64,000 nt of DNA from Lama guanicoe (Eukaryota). Numbering within the stretch: the first letter of the stretch is position 1; each line of letters begins with the position of its first letter. Made by a program: the position numbers and the translations under genes. Shown here in pieces: positions 27,350 through 39,830 of the stretch. The stretch is taken from NCBI GenBank assembly GCA_013239625.1, contig MU053513.1, forward strand, positions 20,370 through 84,369. The letters are read 5' to 3'. The notes under the pieces are model-generated. The model did not search any database, was not told the DNA's origin, and saw nothing but the letters and a program-made list of their open reading frames with translations.

Positions 27350-27890
27350 TTCTTCTCTCTCCAGTCCATCATCCTCAGTGCTCTCAAATTGATCTTTCTA
27401 TAGCAAGTTTGATGATGAAAGTCCCTGCATAGATAATTCAATGGATAATCATTACTCATAGAACAAAGCACCAACAACTACATTCAAGTATCTGCATAAT
27501 TTGTTCAGACTATCCTATATTCTTCTTTCATATTCTTTCCCTAATCACAGTCTCTGGACCAGTGTGTGTGTGTATGTGTGATTTGTCCTATAAGTAAATC
27601 TTCCTAGCACCTTGTCCAACTGGCAAACTTCTATCTATCCTTTATCATCTAGCTAAAATTATATTTCTTCTGTCCACATTTCCCAGACTTCTCCATGCCA
27701 AATTAACCATATCCCATCCTTTGCCCTCCATTGCAGCCAAAATGTTATATAAAAAAAAGATGATTTTGCACCACCAAAATGTGTTTGCTTGTCTTCCTGC
27801 TGTTGTGAATACCCACATGGCTGAGGTTAGTTTACTCTAGTACCATACCTTCCACCAGGTGCTCAATAAATGTTTAATGAATAAAATAAA
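27350..27890 (+). mobile_element. L2 3' portion
   Basis: ctccagtccatc...tgatctttcta...ggtgctcaataaatgtttaatgaataa. Confidence 0.65.
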
Positions 27891-28660
27891 CATGGGTACA
27901 GGTGTGTCAGTGCCAACTCTGCTCACAATTTTCTAGTTCCAGTTTTTCCAGGAATCTGTGGTGACAGTGACCAGAAATGGCAAGGATTCCTATTGTTAGA
28001 AATGATAAAGATTTTTTTCTCCCCCCAATTTGGACAGTATTAACCTTATCCACTGTTGTCACACTATAGTCTTTCCTATTCACTGAATGACAGCTTATTT
28101 GAAATATCAAATATTTTCAATGCATCATTTTAAATCTGACTTGTAACATTGTTGAGAGTGTGCCAATATGCAGGCTTACACATGAGAAAACAATTCAACT
28201 TTTCATGAATTTTTTACACATCGCAGTACAGCTGAAATTTCTCTTCTTGTTGTCAAAATTTGGCATCATAATCTGAGTAGTATTTAAAGTAATCCTTATT
28301 TAAGTTATGCTTTATGCAAATCAATGTATACAATGTATAAAGTATATTTAATATGTTGATCTTTTTAAGCATTGTTAGAGTAAATTTTATAACGTGGCTC
28401 TTACAAGGCTGGTTATTTACTGTAAAGTGACTAGGTGATAAATGATCATCTGAAAATCTGATGATCAGTTGTTGAATTTGAAAGTAATCATTATGTCTCA
28501 GTTTATATGTCTTGTGCCTATGCCTTGGGAGAGAATAATAATGCAAATTTTGTAATTCTTATGAAATTATAATTGCTAAATGTAGTTTCAGTAGTTAATC
28601 TTCCAAAGTATAAAGAAATATATTTAAAAATCAAAAGCCTCCTCAAGAAACAGGGAAAAT

Positions 28661-28878
28661 AGAGTTGACCCTTGAATGACACAAGCTTAAACTATGCCGG
28701 TCAACTTGTATACAGATTCTTTTCAATAGTAAATACAGTACTACACTATCCACAGTTGGTTGAATCCGCTGATGGAGAACTATGGATACAGAAGGCTGAC
28801 TCTGGGACATGAGTATACATGGATTTTGGTATCCAGAGTGGGTTCTGGAACCAATCCCCAGGAAATAAGGGGCACTGT
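28661..28878 (+). mobile_element. Tigger2/MER8-like non-autonomous Tc1-mariner element
   Basis: agttgacccttgaa...ttggttgaatccgctgatg...ggattttggtatcc...ctggaaccaatcccc...cactgt. Confidence 0.75.
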
Positions 28879-31719
28879 GCATGCAATTAGGTCAATACAG
28901 AGGAATAGAAATGCACATACTGTTCTACATATTTGTTAAAATGTATATAAGAATAAATACTTTAAAAGATGGTAGTGAACGTTAGATTAAAAAATTTCAA
29001 TTTATGTAAAAATTTTACTAGTGAATGCAAATACTTAGAATGTCATCTTTATTAATATTTTATTAATATTGTATTTGCTTGAAATTCATAGGAAAACACC
29101 AGAATTTAATACAGATGTGAGTAGGATATTAAAATGTTTCCTATCAATTTAATAATTTTATGTGACTCTACCTTTCTCCTACATTAATACAATGAGCTGA
29201 AAATGCTTAAAAACTATTGGCACGTTCTTTCTGCCAAACTTACATGTTACCAGCTTCCAGTGTTTTAGTGGCATATTGCTCTCATAGCCTACATTAGCCA
29301 AAATTATCAACTGTTTTGTTTAATAGATGCATATTTAGATATACCCAAATTTTTACCATATTTTTGCTGAATTGTCCTTCTTGCCTTTCAGTACAAATTT
29401 TGGGGCAGAATTTGATTTCCCCTGAAATGCATATTTTACTATATTTTAAATGAAGTTCTGAGAGAGAATTTGTTTTTTCTATTTTTTTTTTTTGGTTAAT
29501 TTGTAAAAAGATGTTTGGGATTAAATAGAGTGCTCCCATACACACATAATGGCTATCTTATTAAAATAGTGATTGTTCGTTAATATCAGTTACATTCATC
29601 CTGCTCATACTTATTCTTTGACTCCATATTGTCCAACTGATTAAATTTATTCACCTTTGAAATATGTGACTCCCTTTCCCGCTTCCTTCTCTATTGAAGA
29701 GGCAGAATAATGCAGAAGTAATGGTGTCTCGTTCAGAGATAATTTGGAGGGATCTAGCTTGTTAGTCTGCATGAAGAAAGTAGCAGAGACTGATCCTATT
29801 TATAAAGTGAATCTCTACTAATGTCAGTTATTGAATAATTCATAACATAAAAAATACTGCCCATCAAGAAGGCCATTGTACTTTCTCAGAATCAATTTCC
29901 TAAACATTTCTTGAAGCCTTCTCTTATTTGGGACAACAATGCTACCAGCACTAATCAGTATGCAATTATGGATGCTACATGCTAAGAAGGTCTTGAGCTG
30001 ACTTCCAGGTTTCACTAGTGTCAGCTAAAATAGTCGTCTTCATTCTAAGAAAACTAAAGGGTCCTCTTCTTCACCAGAAGCTGTCTAATTATGTAAAGAA
30101 AAGTGATTAACTGATTATGATGAATAAATTAATCTCCAAGGAGATGCAAAAATTCAGACATTTCTAATTAGTATAATTTTCATGGGACAACCAGAAAAAT
30201 TCTCTGTTCTTATTAGCAATGATTAACAGAACAATGAGTAATTTTTGGCAGCTCCCTGCAAAATTATCAGACTCACCCCGAGGACACAGAATAAAGAATT
30301 GATAAAGTCATAGAAAGGTTGTTTAAAAGCTAACTATAAACAATAGCCTTAACAGAAAACCCTGGTTCTACTTAGAATCCATCTTCCTTTGTTATGCTTT
30401 CCATCATCATCATCATCACAACTGATGTCACTGAGCATCTGCTATTTGCTTGCAAAGTGCTATGCACTTTATGTAATGAATTAAGTTTAGCCCTTGCAGC
30501 AGCCCAGTGAGGTCAGTGCTGCTATTGCCTCCAACTTAATGATCATGCAGAATGGAACTTTCTTTTGGTTGGTCCTGATTAACATCCAATTTCAGTGGAA
30601 ATGATGAGGGTTTATTGTAAAAATTATCATTAAATATTTGTCATTGTTTTTAAATCTTTATTTGAATATTTAAGATAACCATGTTCAATTTATTAAATCC
30701 ACACTGAAGCAATATGGAAATGTATAAAAGAATCACAAAATAGTTTCGATAATACTCAATATGCCATGTGTCTAGACAGGGCACACTTTCACCCCAGGTT
30801 TGAAATAATAGTTCATTGTTTTTGTTTTAATCAACAAATCAGAGTGCAAATGAGGACTAGAGCAATTAGAATTAGAATGTTAGAATATGTTGTTTTATGA
30901 GATTTAAAACAGGAATGTATAGGCATAATTTACTCACAATAGAGTTGAAAATTCTATAAAACAGGACACATGATAAGAAACAAGATTCTAAATTTTTGAA
31001 CTTTATATGATTGAAGAAATCATTAGAAGAATAACAGGAAAAAAAAAGAGACACAAAAACATTTCAACACACAATACACCTTATCATAGTGTAAAATTCC
31101 TCTGTCAAAATAACTACATTCTCACATATTCACATTTTACAATTCCACATCACATTGGGAAGATGGGATACCCTTAATTGTTTTGCTTCCTTTATATATT
31201 CATCAGAAGTTAAAATGTAATCTTCTTAATAAGAGTAATACACCTTCTCAATGAAAAGTTGTCTCTGATATTCATATAAATTTCAAAACCCGAATGGCTA
31301 CCAGAATTAATTTTCAAATATTGTTTCTTATAGACATCTACAAAGATAAGCTTACCAATCAAGAAGATGTCAACAAATAATCTTGTCAGACTGTTTAAAG
31401 TTTGCCATGGCTACATATGAACATCAAATATACACAAGAAAAATAAAACATAGAATATGAATGGCGATAGTATTAAAGCAGCAGTCATCCAGTGAAAACA
31501 AATAGAAAAACTCTCCTCTAAGAATGAGAACTTTTGGTAACAGATTATTAAATACTTAGCAGAGTACATGGGGTAAGCATAAAACCCAAAGTGAATAGAT
31601 CGTGTTATATTTACTGTAGATCAATTAGAAAGAATTATGAAGCATATCTAAAAATGGAAGATGGTAAGAGAAAGAAGCACATTTATGATAAGCAACAACA
31701 ACCATAATAAATTTCAACC

Positions 31720-32140
31720 CCCTCCAGAGGTTTTCATTCTCACTCAGAATAATGCCCAGATCTTTAAAACTGCAAGATGGCCCCTCATAATTTTGTCCCC
31801 ATTATCCCCCCTCACTCTCTAAGCCCCCGCTGTGCTGATCTCCATCTTCGTCCTACAATACTGCAGCCATATGCACTTCTCAGGTCCTCCTTATCCACCC
31901 TGGCCTCTACCTGGAATATTGGCTTAAAAAAAATGTCTGGGCTTCTCCCTCTGCTAGATTTTGGCCCAGTGTCCCTTTTCCAGCTGGACCTACCATAGCC
32001 AATTTATTTAAAAGGGCAACTGCTCCTTAGCCTTCCACAAAATTCTATATTTTCCCACTCATCTTCATCTAAAATTGTCATGGCTCTATTCTATTCCCAG
32101 TGCCTAGAATAATGCTGGCACATAATAGGTGATAGATATT
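31720..32140 (+). mobile_element. L2 3' portion
   Basis: cattctcactcagaataatgcccagatcttt...cccagtgcctagaataatgctggcacataataggtg. Confidence 0.65.
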
Positions 32141-32894
32141 TGTAGTCTTCTAGGGATAAGTTCATATAGTAAGTGATATGTAGTGTATAGGCACTATATA
32201 TTTGCAATATATAATACATTTGTATTGCAAATACATTTATTTATCTATATAATTATATGTATATCCACACAAATTTAAATTATTTATAATATATTATCTA
32301 TAAATTGAATATATAAATATGTATGTACTTATAATTGCAGAATGTACACACCACACATACATACAAAAATGATTTGTGTGTCCATGTGTGTGTAAATGTA
32401 TTGACTAAATAAAACCTATTGCCCAGTATGGCAGATGAGCAATGTGGTTCAGTACAAAAAACCCAGGACAAAGATAGACATATGTGAGTTTTAATCCTGA
32501 TTCTTCTGCATGCTGGCTATGTGACAGATAAGGAAGATAGAGGGCATTCGAAGCAGAATAAATCTCACGAAGAAATTCAAATAGCTAAAGAAAAAAATGT
32601 ACATTATTCCGAAAATGCCAAATTTCCCAAATGTGCTGCACCCTTGTTTGGATGCAAGGAAGTGCTTAGATGAAGCTGGAGCTATAAATGGATTTTGGAG
32701 ACTAGAAGAATTCTAAGTGTGATTCTTTAATACACTCTTCAGAATACTTCATTCTTAAGTAATGTATTTGCTTTTATTTAGGTTTTTTTCTGTCCTTGGA
32801 TTTTTTTTTTCTGATTATTTGGCCTGGTGGTGACATCTCTGAAATGATCTGATATTTCATTAAGGTACATCCAACATCAACCACCACAGATGTT

Positions 32895-33080
32895 CAGGGA
32901 CTGGCAAATTTTCTCTGTAAAAGGCCAAATAGTAATGATTTTAGGTTCTGTGGGCCATAAAGTTTCTATAGGAATTATGCATTTCAGATTTTGAATGAAA
33001 GCAGACACAAGTGATGTCAATATCTAAAATAAGAGTAGCTGCATTTCAATGAAGTTTTATTAAAAAAAAACAAGCCATAA
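32895..33080 (+). mobile_element. MER58-like hAT MITE, left part (split by L1)
   Basis: cagggactggcaaattttctctgtaaaaggccaaatagtaatgattttaggttctgtgggccata. Confidence 0.8.
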
Positions 33081-33538
33081 CACAAGATAAACAGGGAAGA
33101 TAAAAAGATTAAAATGTCACAACAAAAACATAAAACATGGGTGAGGAAAAGTAATAATGTTGAACTTCACAATGAAATCAAACTGAAGTTGTTATCAACT
33201 GAAACTGTGACACATATAAGTTGTTATAGGTAATCTCAATGGTAACCACAAAGCAGAAACCTATAGTACATACAGAAAATCTGAAGAGAAAAGGGTATGA
33301 GCATACCACAAAAGAAAATTATCCAACCACAAAGGAAAAGAGCAGCAAAAGAATAAAGGCTCAAAGAGAAATGACAAAAACCGCCAGAGAACAATGAACA
33401 AAATGGCGGTGAGTACGTAACTATCAATAATTACTTTAAATGTAAGGAAACTGTATCCCCCTATCAAAAGGCATAGAGCGGTTGCATGGATACAAAATAA
33501 GATCCACCTATATGTTGCCTACAAAAGATTCACTGTAT

Positions 33539-33573
<35 letters not shown>

Positions 33574-36500
33574 TGTATTTTTATTGCAGTATAGTCAGTT
33601 TACAATGTTATGTTAGTTTCTGGTGTACAGCATAGTGATTCAGTTTATTTATATATATATATATATATTCCTTTCATATTCTTTTTCATTATAGGCTATT
33701 CAAGATATTGAATATAGTTTCCTGTGCTATACAGTAAGGCTTGTAGTTTATGTGTTTTATATATAATAGTATCTGCAAATCCTGAACTCCCAGTTTACCC
33801 CCCCTCCTATTTCCTTCCTGGTAAACATGTTTTTTTTCTATGTCTGTGAGTCTGTTTCTGTTTAAGACTCACTTTAGAAGTAAAGGCACATATGGATTGA
33901 AAGTGAAGAGATGGAAAAAGATATTTCATGCCAATGGAAACCAAAAGAAAGCTGGAGTAGTTTTACTTAGATAAAATAGACGTTCAAACAAAGACTATAA
34001 TAATAGACAAAGAAAGATTTTTGTATCATGACAAAGGAGTCAATCCAGCAAAAAGACATAACATTTGTAAACACTTATGCACTCAACATAAGAGAGCCTA
34101 ATATATATAGAGCAAATAACAGATCTAAAGAGACAAATAGATAGCAAAATAATAATAGTAGGGGATTTCAATACCCATTTATGTCAATGTATAGATCATT
34201 CAGACAGAAAGTCAATAAAGAAACATTGACCTTAAACACCATTTTAGATCAGGTAGACTTAAGAGATATTTATATAACGTTCCATTCAAAAGTAACAAAA
34301 TGCACATTCTTCTCAAGTGCACGTGAAACATTTTCTAAGACTGGACCTCTATGTTAGGTCATAAAATAAGTCTTAATAAATTTAAGATGATTGAAATCAT
34401 ATAAAGCATCTTTTCTAGCAGCTATGATACAAAACTAGAAGTTAATTACATGAAGAAAACTGGCAAAATTCACAAATACATGCATATTAAACACATACTA
34501 CTGAACAACCTATGTGTTAATGAAGAAATCAAAAAAGAAATTAAAAAATACCTTGAGACAAATAAAAATGGAAATGGAACATACCAAAATTCATGAGCTG
34601 CAGCAAGAGTAGTTCTAAGATGGAAGTTCATAGCAATAAAAGCCTATCTCAAGAAACAACAAATCTCTTAAGTAAATGACCAAACCATAAATCAAGAAAA
34701 TTAAAAAAAAAAAACAAAGCCCAAAGTTAGTGGAAGAAAGGAAACGACAAAGATCACAGCGTAAATAAATTATGTAGAGAAGAGAATGGGGCAGACTCTT
34801 CCAAACTCATTTTATGAGACCAGCATCACCCAGACACCAGAATCTGACAATGATGCCACAAGAAGAGAAAATTACAGGCCAATATCCCTGATGAACATAG
34901 ATGCAAAAATCCTCAACAAAATATTAGCAAACTGAATTCAACAATACATCAAAAGGATCATATATCATGATCAAGTTGGATTTATTCCATGGACGCAAGG
35001 ATTGTCCAACATACGAAAATCAGCTAGTGTGATACACCACAATAACAAAATGAATGATAAATCTATATGTTCATCTCAATAGATGCAGAAAGAGCAGCTG
35101 ACAAAATTCAACATCTATTTATGATTAAAAAATGTAAAGGAAATGTATCTAAAAATAGTAAAGACCACATATAACAAGACCATGTCTAACATTATACTCA
35201 ATGGTGAAAAGCTAAACGCTTTGCCTTTAAGATTCGGAATAAGACAAGGATATTCACTCTCAACACCTTTATTTAACATAGTACTGGAAGTCTTAGCCAG
35301 GACCATTGGGCAACACAAATAAAAGTCATCCAATTGGAAAGGAAGAAGTAAAACTGTCACTATTTGCAGATTACATAATAGAAATTCTTAAAGATCCCAT
35401 CAAAAATTGTCAGAACGAATAAATACACCTGGTAAAGTTGCAGGATACAAAATTATTACACAAAAAAATCTGTCGTGCTTTTATACAATGATAATGAATA
35501 TCAGAGAATGAAGAAAACAATTCTATTTCCACTTGTATCAAAAAGAATACCTAGGAAAAAGTTGAATCAAGGAGGTGGAAGAACTAAAAATTGAAAACTA
35601 CAAGCCATCAATTAAAGAAATTGAGTAAGACACAAATAAATGGAAAGAAATTTTGTGTTCATGGATTGGAAAAATGAATATTATTAAAATGTTCAAACTA
35701 CCCAAAGCAATACACAGATTCAATGCAATCCTTATCAAAATTCCAATGGAACTTTTCACAGAAATAGAACAATCCTAAAATATCTATCTGTATCCAACCA
35801 TAAAAGACCCCAAATAGGCAAAGTAATTTTGAGAAAGAAGAGCAAAGCTGGAGGCATCACACGCCCTGATTTCAAACTGCTATAAAGCTATAATAATTAA
35901 AACAGTATGGTACTGGCATAAAAACAGACAAATAGATCAATGGAACAGAATAGAAAGGCAAGACATAAACCCTTGCCTAAACAGTCAATGAATTTACCAG
36001 AAATGAGCCAAGAATATACAATACAGAAAAGACAACCTCTTTAATAAATGGTGTTAAGAAAATTGGACAGTCGCATGCAAACAATGAGACTGAACTACTT
36101 ACACCATACACAAAAATTAATAAAAATGGACTAAAGACTTGAAGTTAAAACTTGAAACCATAAAATTTATAGAAGAAAACATATGCCGTAGGGTCCTTGA
36201 CATTGGTCTTGGCAAAAATTTTTTTTTTGGACTCTAACACCAAAAGCAAAAGCAAGAAAAGCAAAAATAAACAAATAGGACTACATCAAACTAAAAATTT
36301 ATGAATGGCAAAGGAAACCAACAAAATCAAAAGACAACCTACTGAATGGGAGAACATATTTTCAAATCTTCTATCTTATAAGGGTTTAATATTCAGAACA
36401 TATAAGGAATTCATAAAATTCAATAGCAAAAAATACCACAAAGTATTAAATTAAAAAGTGAGCAGAAGATCTGAATAGACATTATTCCATAGGAGACACA

Positions 36501-36947
36501 CAAGTGGCCAACAGGTACATGAAAAGACGCTCTACATCACTAGTCATCAGGAAGATGAAAATCAGAGCCACAGTGAGATACAACGTCAGGGCTGTTAGCT
36601 GTTATCAAAAGAAGAAGAAGGAATAAGTATTGGGGAGGATGTGGAGAAAAAGGAGCCCTGTGCACTGTTGGTGGGAATGTAAACTCGTGCAGCCACTATA
36701 GAACAGTATGAAATTTCTTCAAAAAATTAAAAAAAATAAAAATACAACCACCATATGATCCAGCAATTCTATTTTTGAGCATTTGTCAAAAAAAAAAAAA
36801 GAAAGAAAAAGAAAGAAAAAGAAACTACTATCCTGAAAAGATGTATGTACCCCATTGAAGCATTTTTTATAACAGCCAAGATATGGAAGCAATCTAAGTG
36901 TTCATGGATGGATAAATGGGTAAAGAAAATACGGGCTGTGTGTGTAC

Positions 36948-36978
<31 letters not shown>

Positions 36979-37143
36979 CATATAAAATTCAGCCATATAA
37001 AAGAATGAAATTTCATCATTTGTGACACAGATGGACCTTGAGAGCATCATGTTAAGTGAAATAAGTAAGACAGAGAAAGACATGTATCACATGATCTCTC
37101 TTTTACATGGAATCTAAAAAACCTTGAAAAAAAATAACAAAGG
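33081..37143 (+). mobile_element. Defective L1: inter-ORF region, disrupted ORF2, partial 3' UTR; 13-bp TSD
   Basis: ORF2 start at 33403 (MAVST*LSIITLNV, endonuclease); RT motifs [22 protein letters not shown] (~34866) and LFADY (35360-35374); many stops and frameshifts; TSD aaacaagc(c/t)ataa at 33068-33080 and 37144-37156. Confidence 0.95.
33535..33863 (-). mobile_element. Younger L1 3' end inserted antisense into the L1 endonuclease domain
   Basis: (ATTT)n tail then tattgcagtatagtcagtttacaatg; TSD aaga(t/c)tcact at 33525-33534 and 33864-33873; host ORF2 resumes after it. Confidence 0.9.
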
Positions 37144-37156
37144 AAACAAGCTATAA

Positions 37157-37195
37157 GCTGGATTCAATCAAAGGACTATAGTGTGCTGACCTCTA
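37157..37195 (+). mobile_element. MER58-like MITE, right part
   Basis: gctggattcaatcaaaggactatagtgtgctgacctcta resembles the MER58 end (gctggatttggccc...tagtttgctgacccctg). Confidence 0.65.
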
Positions 37196-37249
37196 CTTTA
37201 GACAACCATTCAGTAATAAGTTGAACATTAATGTATTCCAAGTGGTATG

Positions 37250-37460
37250 TGCTGGAAATTGTTCCAAGAACTTTATATTTCAGCATGCAAAAAGATCTCT
37301 GACGTAGGAACAACTATTATACCCTCTGTCCATTTTTACAAGTTAGAAAATTGATGCATAGAGAAATGAAGTATCTTCCCAAAGTTCCTGTAGAAAGAGA
37401 CAGAATCAGTTCACTGACCTGGGAAACCTGACTTTATGGCCCACTTTCCAACCTAAATTC
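37250..37460. mobile_element. MIR
   Basis: ccatttttacaagttagaaaattgatgcatagagaaatgaagtatcttcccaaagt. Confidence 0.65.
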
Positions 37461-38320
37461 TGCAGAATTTCATATTGCATATGCCAGTAAGTATTTCTCA
37501 GAATGGAATAATATAAAACAGCTACAATGTAGCACTAATGAGCTGCCTTCAATTCCCTCAGATAGAAATGTTAAAATACAGTTAACTTGTACATTGATGG
37601 TCGCAGAAATTTCTTTAATTTTTAAAAAATCTCTACCCTTCCCTCCTCCCAACTTTGCTAGAAAAATTCTCTGGGTGATCTCTATGTTCTATAGCAGATG
37701 TTATGACATATAAATGAATAAAATGCGATTTTCCTATGGGATATTTTGTTTCACTTTTTTTAATCAAATAAAGTTTTCAGGGAAATGAGTAAACAACTAT
37801 TAATCTTTTTCCTTCTGCCTAAGAGACAAAGAAATCCATCATTTGAAATGAGTACAGATAGAGCATTTCTGTCAAGTACAGAATGCTCTCAGGAATATTC
37901 TCACTTAAAAGACATCAGAAATTTTCAAACCGAGGTAGTGAACATCACGTCACATTCAGAAGTATATTGTGCCTGAAGAGTCACGTTACTCAGCAAATAT
38001 AGGTCTGTTTGGTGCCACTGAATAGTTTCCTTTGTCAGTAATGATTTGAGGAAAGCAAAATGGAATGGCTGCATTTCACTGGTGATGAGGGCTCATAGAA
38101 ATGAACTTTGTGATGGATGTTAAATCCTGTAAACCTTAGACCTTTATCTTTCAAACAATGTCTATGCTTCACTTCTTGGTTTTTGTAACTTCTGGGTGGC
38201 TGAATTAATTAAAAACTGCAGACTAGCTGGTTTCTCTAACATAAGAATTCCACATGGAAAAGTCCATTATTTATGCAACCAAAAACATACAAAATTTTTG
38301 TCAAATAAGAATTTACCCAA

Positions 38321-38441
38321 TTAAGTTCTAGGTATTCATTGTACAAAAATGTACATATATTAACAGTACTGTGTTGCACACTTAAAATGTGTTCACGGAG
38401 TAGACTTCATACGATGCATTCTTTACCACAATTTTTAAAAA
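38321..38441 (+). mobile_element. Very short old L1 3' end (L1MA/L1MB-type)
   Basis: taacagtactgtgttgcacacttaaaatg...accacaatttttaaaa; flanked by aagaattta at 38307 and 38442 (degraded TSD). Confidence 0.7.
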
Positions 38442-39619
38442 AAGAATTTAACTAACTGAAAAGAGATGATAGTTATACTTCTGACCTTATAAGTTGTTAT
38501 TTCTGAAGGAGTGATAACAATCCACCTTACTTAAGAGACTTTTTTTTTCTGGATAAAAATCATCATCTTAGTCTGTCAGAAGGGTCACAGTATCAGACAA
38601 GTAAATTTAATATTCAACTTATTATCTTGGTCAAGGTGAAAAAAAAAAAAGAGCGAGAACGTCTTCTTAACATTACAAATCTATTTCCCTACACTGTTTA
38701 GAAAGTGCCCACGATTATACGTATTCTCTGCGTGCGCATTTTCCCCCACATTTTAGCACACCCTTAAAGCAGACACTGCCGTCTAAAATGACCCAGAACC
38801 ATGAATGAATATGCATCACAGTTAATAACAAAATGCTTGATTATTTTAGGGTTTATACTTAGCTTTTAAGTCTTAATATTTGAATGTTGTAGCTATATCA
38901 ACGTCCTGCCCTAAAAAAAGACCAAAGTATATCATTGGTGGTCACACATTTCTAAAACTACTATCTTTAGGAAAGAAAATCATGTTTTATATATTTTAAC
39001 AGAATTCCAAAAACTTGATGGAATTGTTCTTCACTCAAACTTGAGGCCACTGACTCTCAGAGGGCTTCTGAGTTCTGGCTGTGTGATTGTCAAATGAACT
39101 CATTCTGATGAGCATTGTAATGGCACTATATGAATGCATGGTGATGGCTGCTTAAAAGGTACCTTTTGTGTAATATCACTAATTATCAGCCACCCTTTAC
39201 AATGAGTAGATAATCACTATTCATTTCTTTGGCATTCACTGTAGTTACATTCATCACGATGAGCTCATTTGACTCTAATGTGAGTATATTATGTGATTCC
39301 ATAGGAATTCTATCGTAATTTAGGAGTAAATAATGTCCACTGGTGGTGAGGCACCATGAGCTTCCGTCCTGTGAAGCTCAGGCCTGCAGAGCTGGCTCTC
39401 AAATGCGAATCACTGTCCCTTCATTCTTGGTAATGAGACGTGTCTACTGAAGTATATATTAAAAAAGAAAACTCAGAGGAAAAGCTATCAAGCTAAAAGA
39501 TTAAGTTTTCAAGAAAAATGATGATTAAAAATTTGCATATCATTTATGCGATGATGATGACAAAGGAGGAGAAATATCTCAACAGTTTGAAGCATGTTCG
39601 TCAGGAAGACGATTAAAAG

Positions 39620-39830
39620 TGAGGAGTCTAGACACTGATTTTCCAGCTAGGTTGCTAGCTATATGATTTTGGCAATTGATAATTGCCATAAGCATTCAAC
39701 TCCTTACCTCTAGAATGAAGATGAGTGCAGTGTGCATTTTATAAGAGTTTTGAGAGAATTATACATAAAAAGCATTAAGCACAATGCCTGAAACTTAGTA
39801 AATGCTTAATAAATGTTAACTGTTGATATT
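39620..39830. mobile_element. MIR
   Basis: ggagtctagacac...aaagcattaagcacaatgcctgaaacttagtaaatgcttaataaatgttaact. Confidence 0.65.

Noticed and set aside
32199..32233. 11-bp inverted repeat tatttgcaata/tattgcaaata
   Set aside because: Lies in low-complexity AT-rich DNA with no supporting context.
35115..35360. Minus-strand ORFs within L1s (also 13239, 33236, 36769, 50097, 62641)
   Set aside because: Short incidental frames lying inside L1 remnants; not independent genes.
33081..37143. Active L1 or functional ORF2 CDS
   Set aside because: Early stop, frameshifts, a nested insertion, an internal deletion, and no 5' UTR or ORF1.
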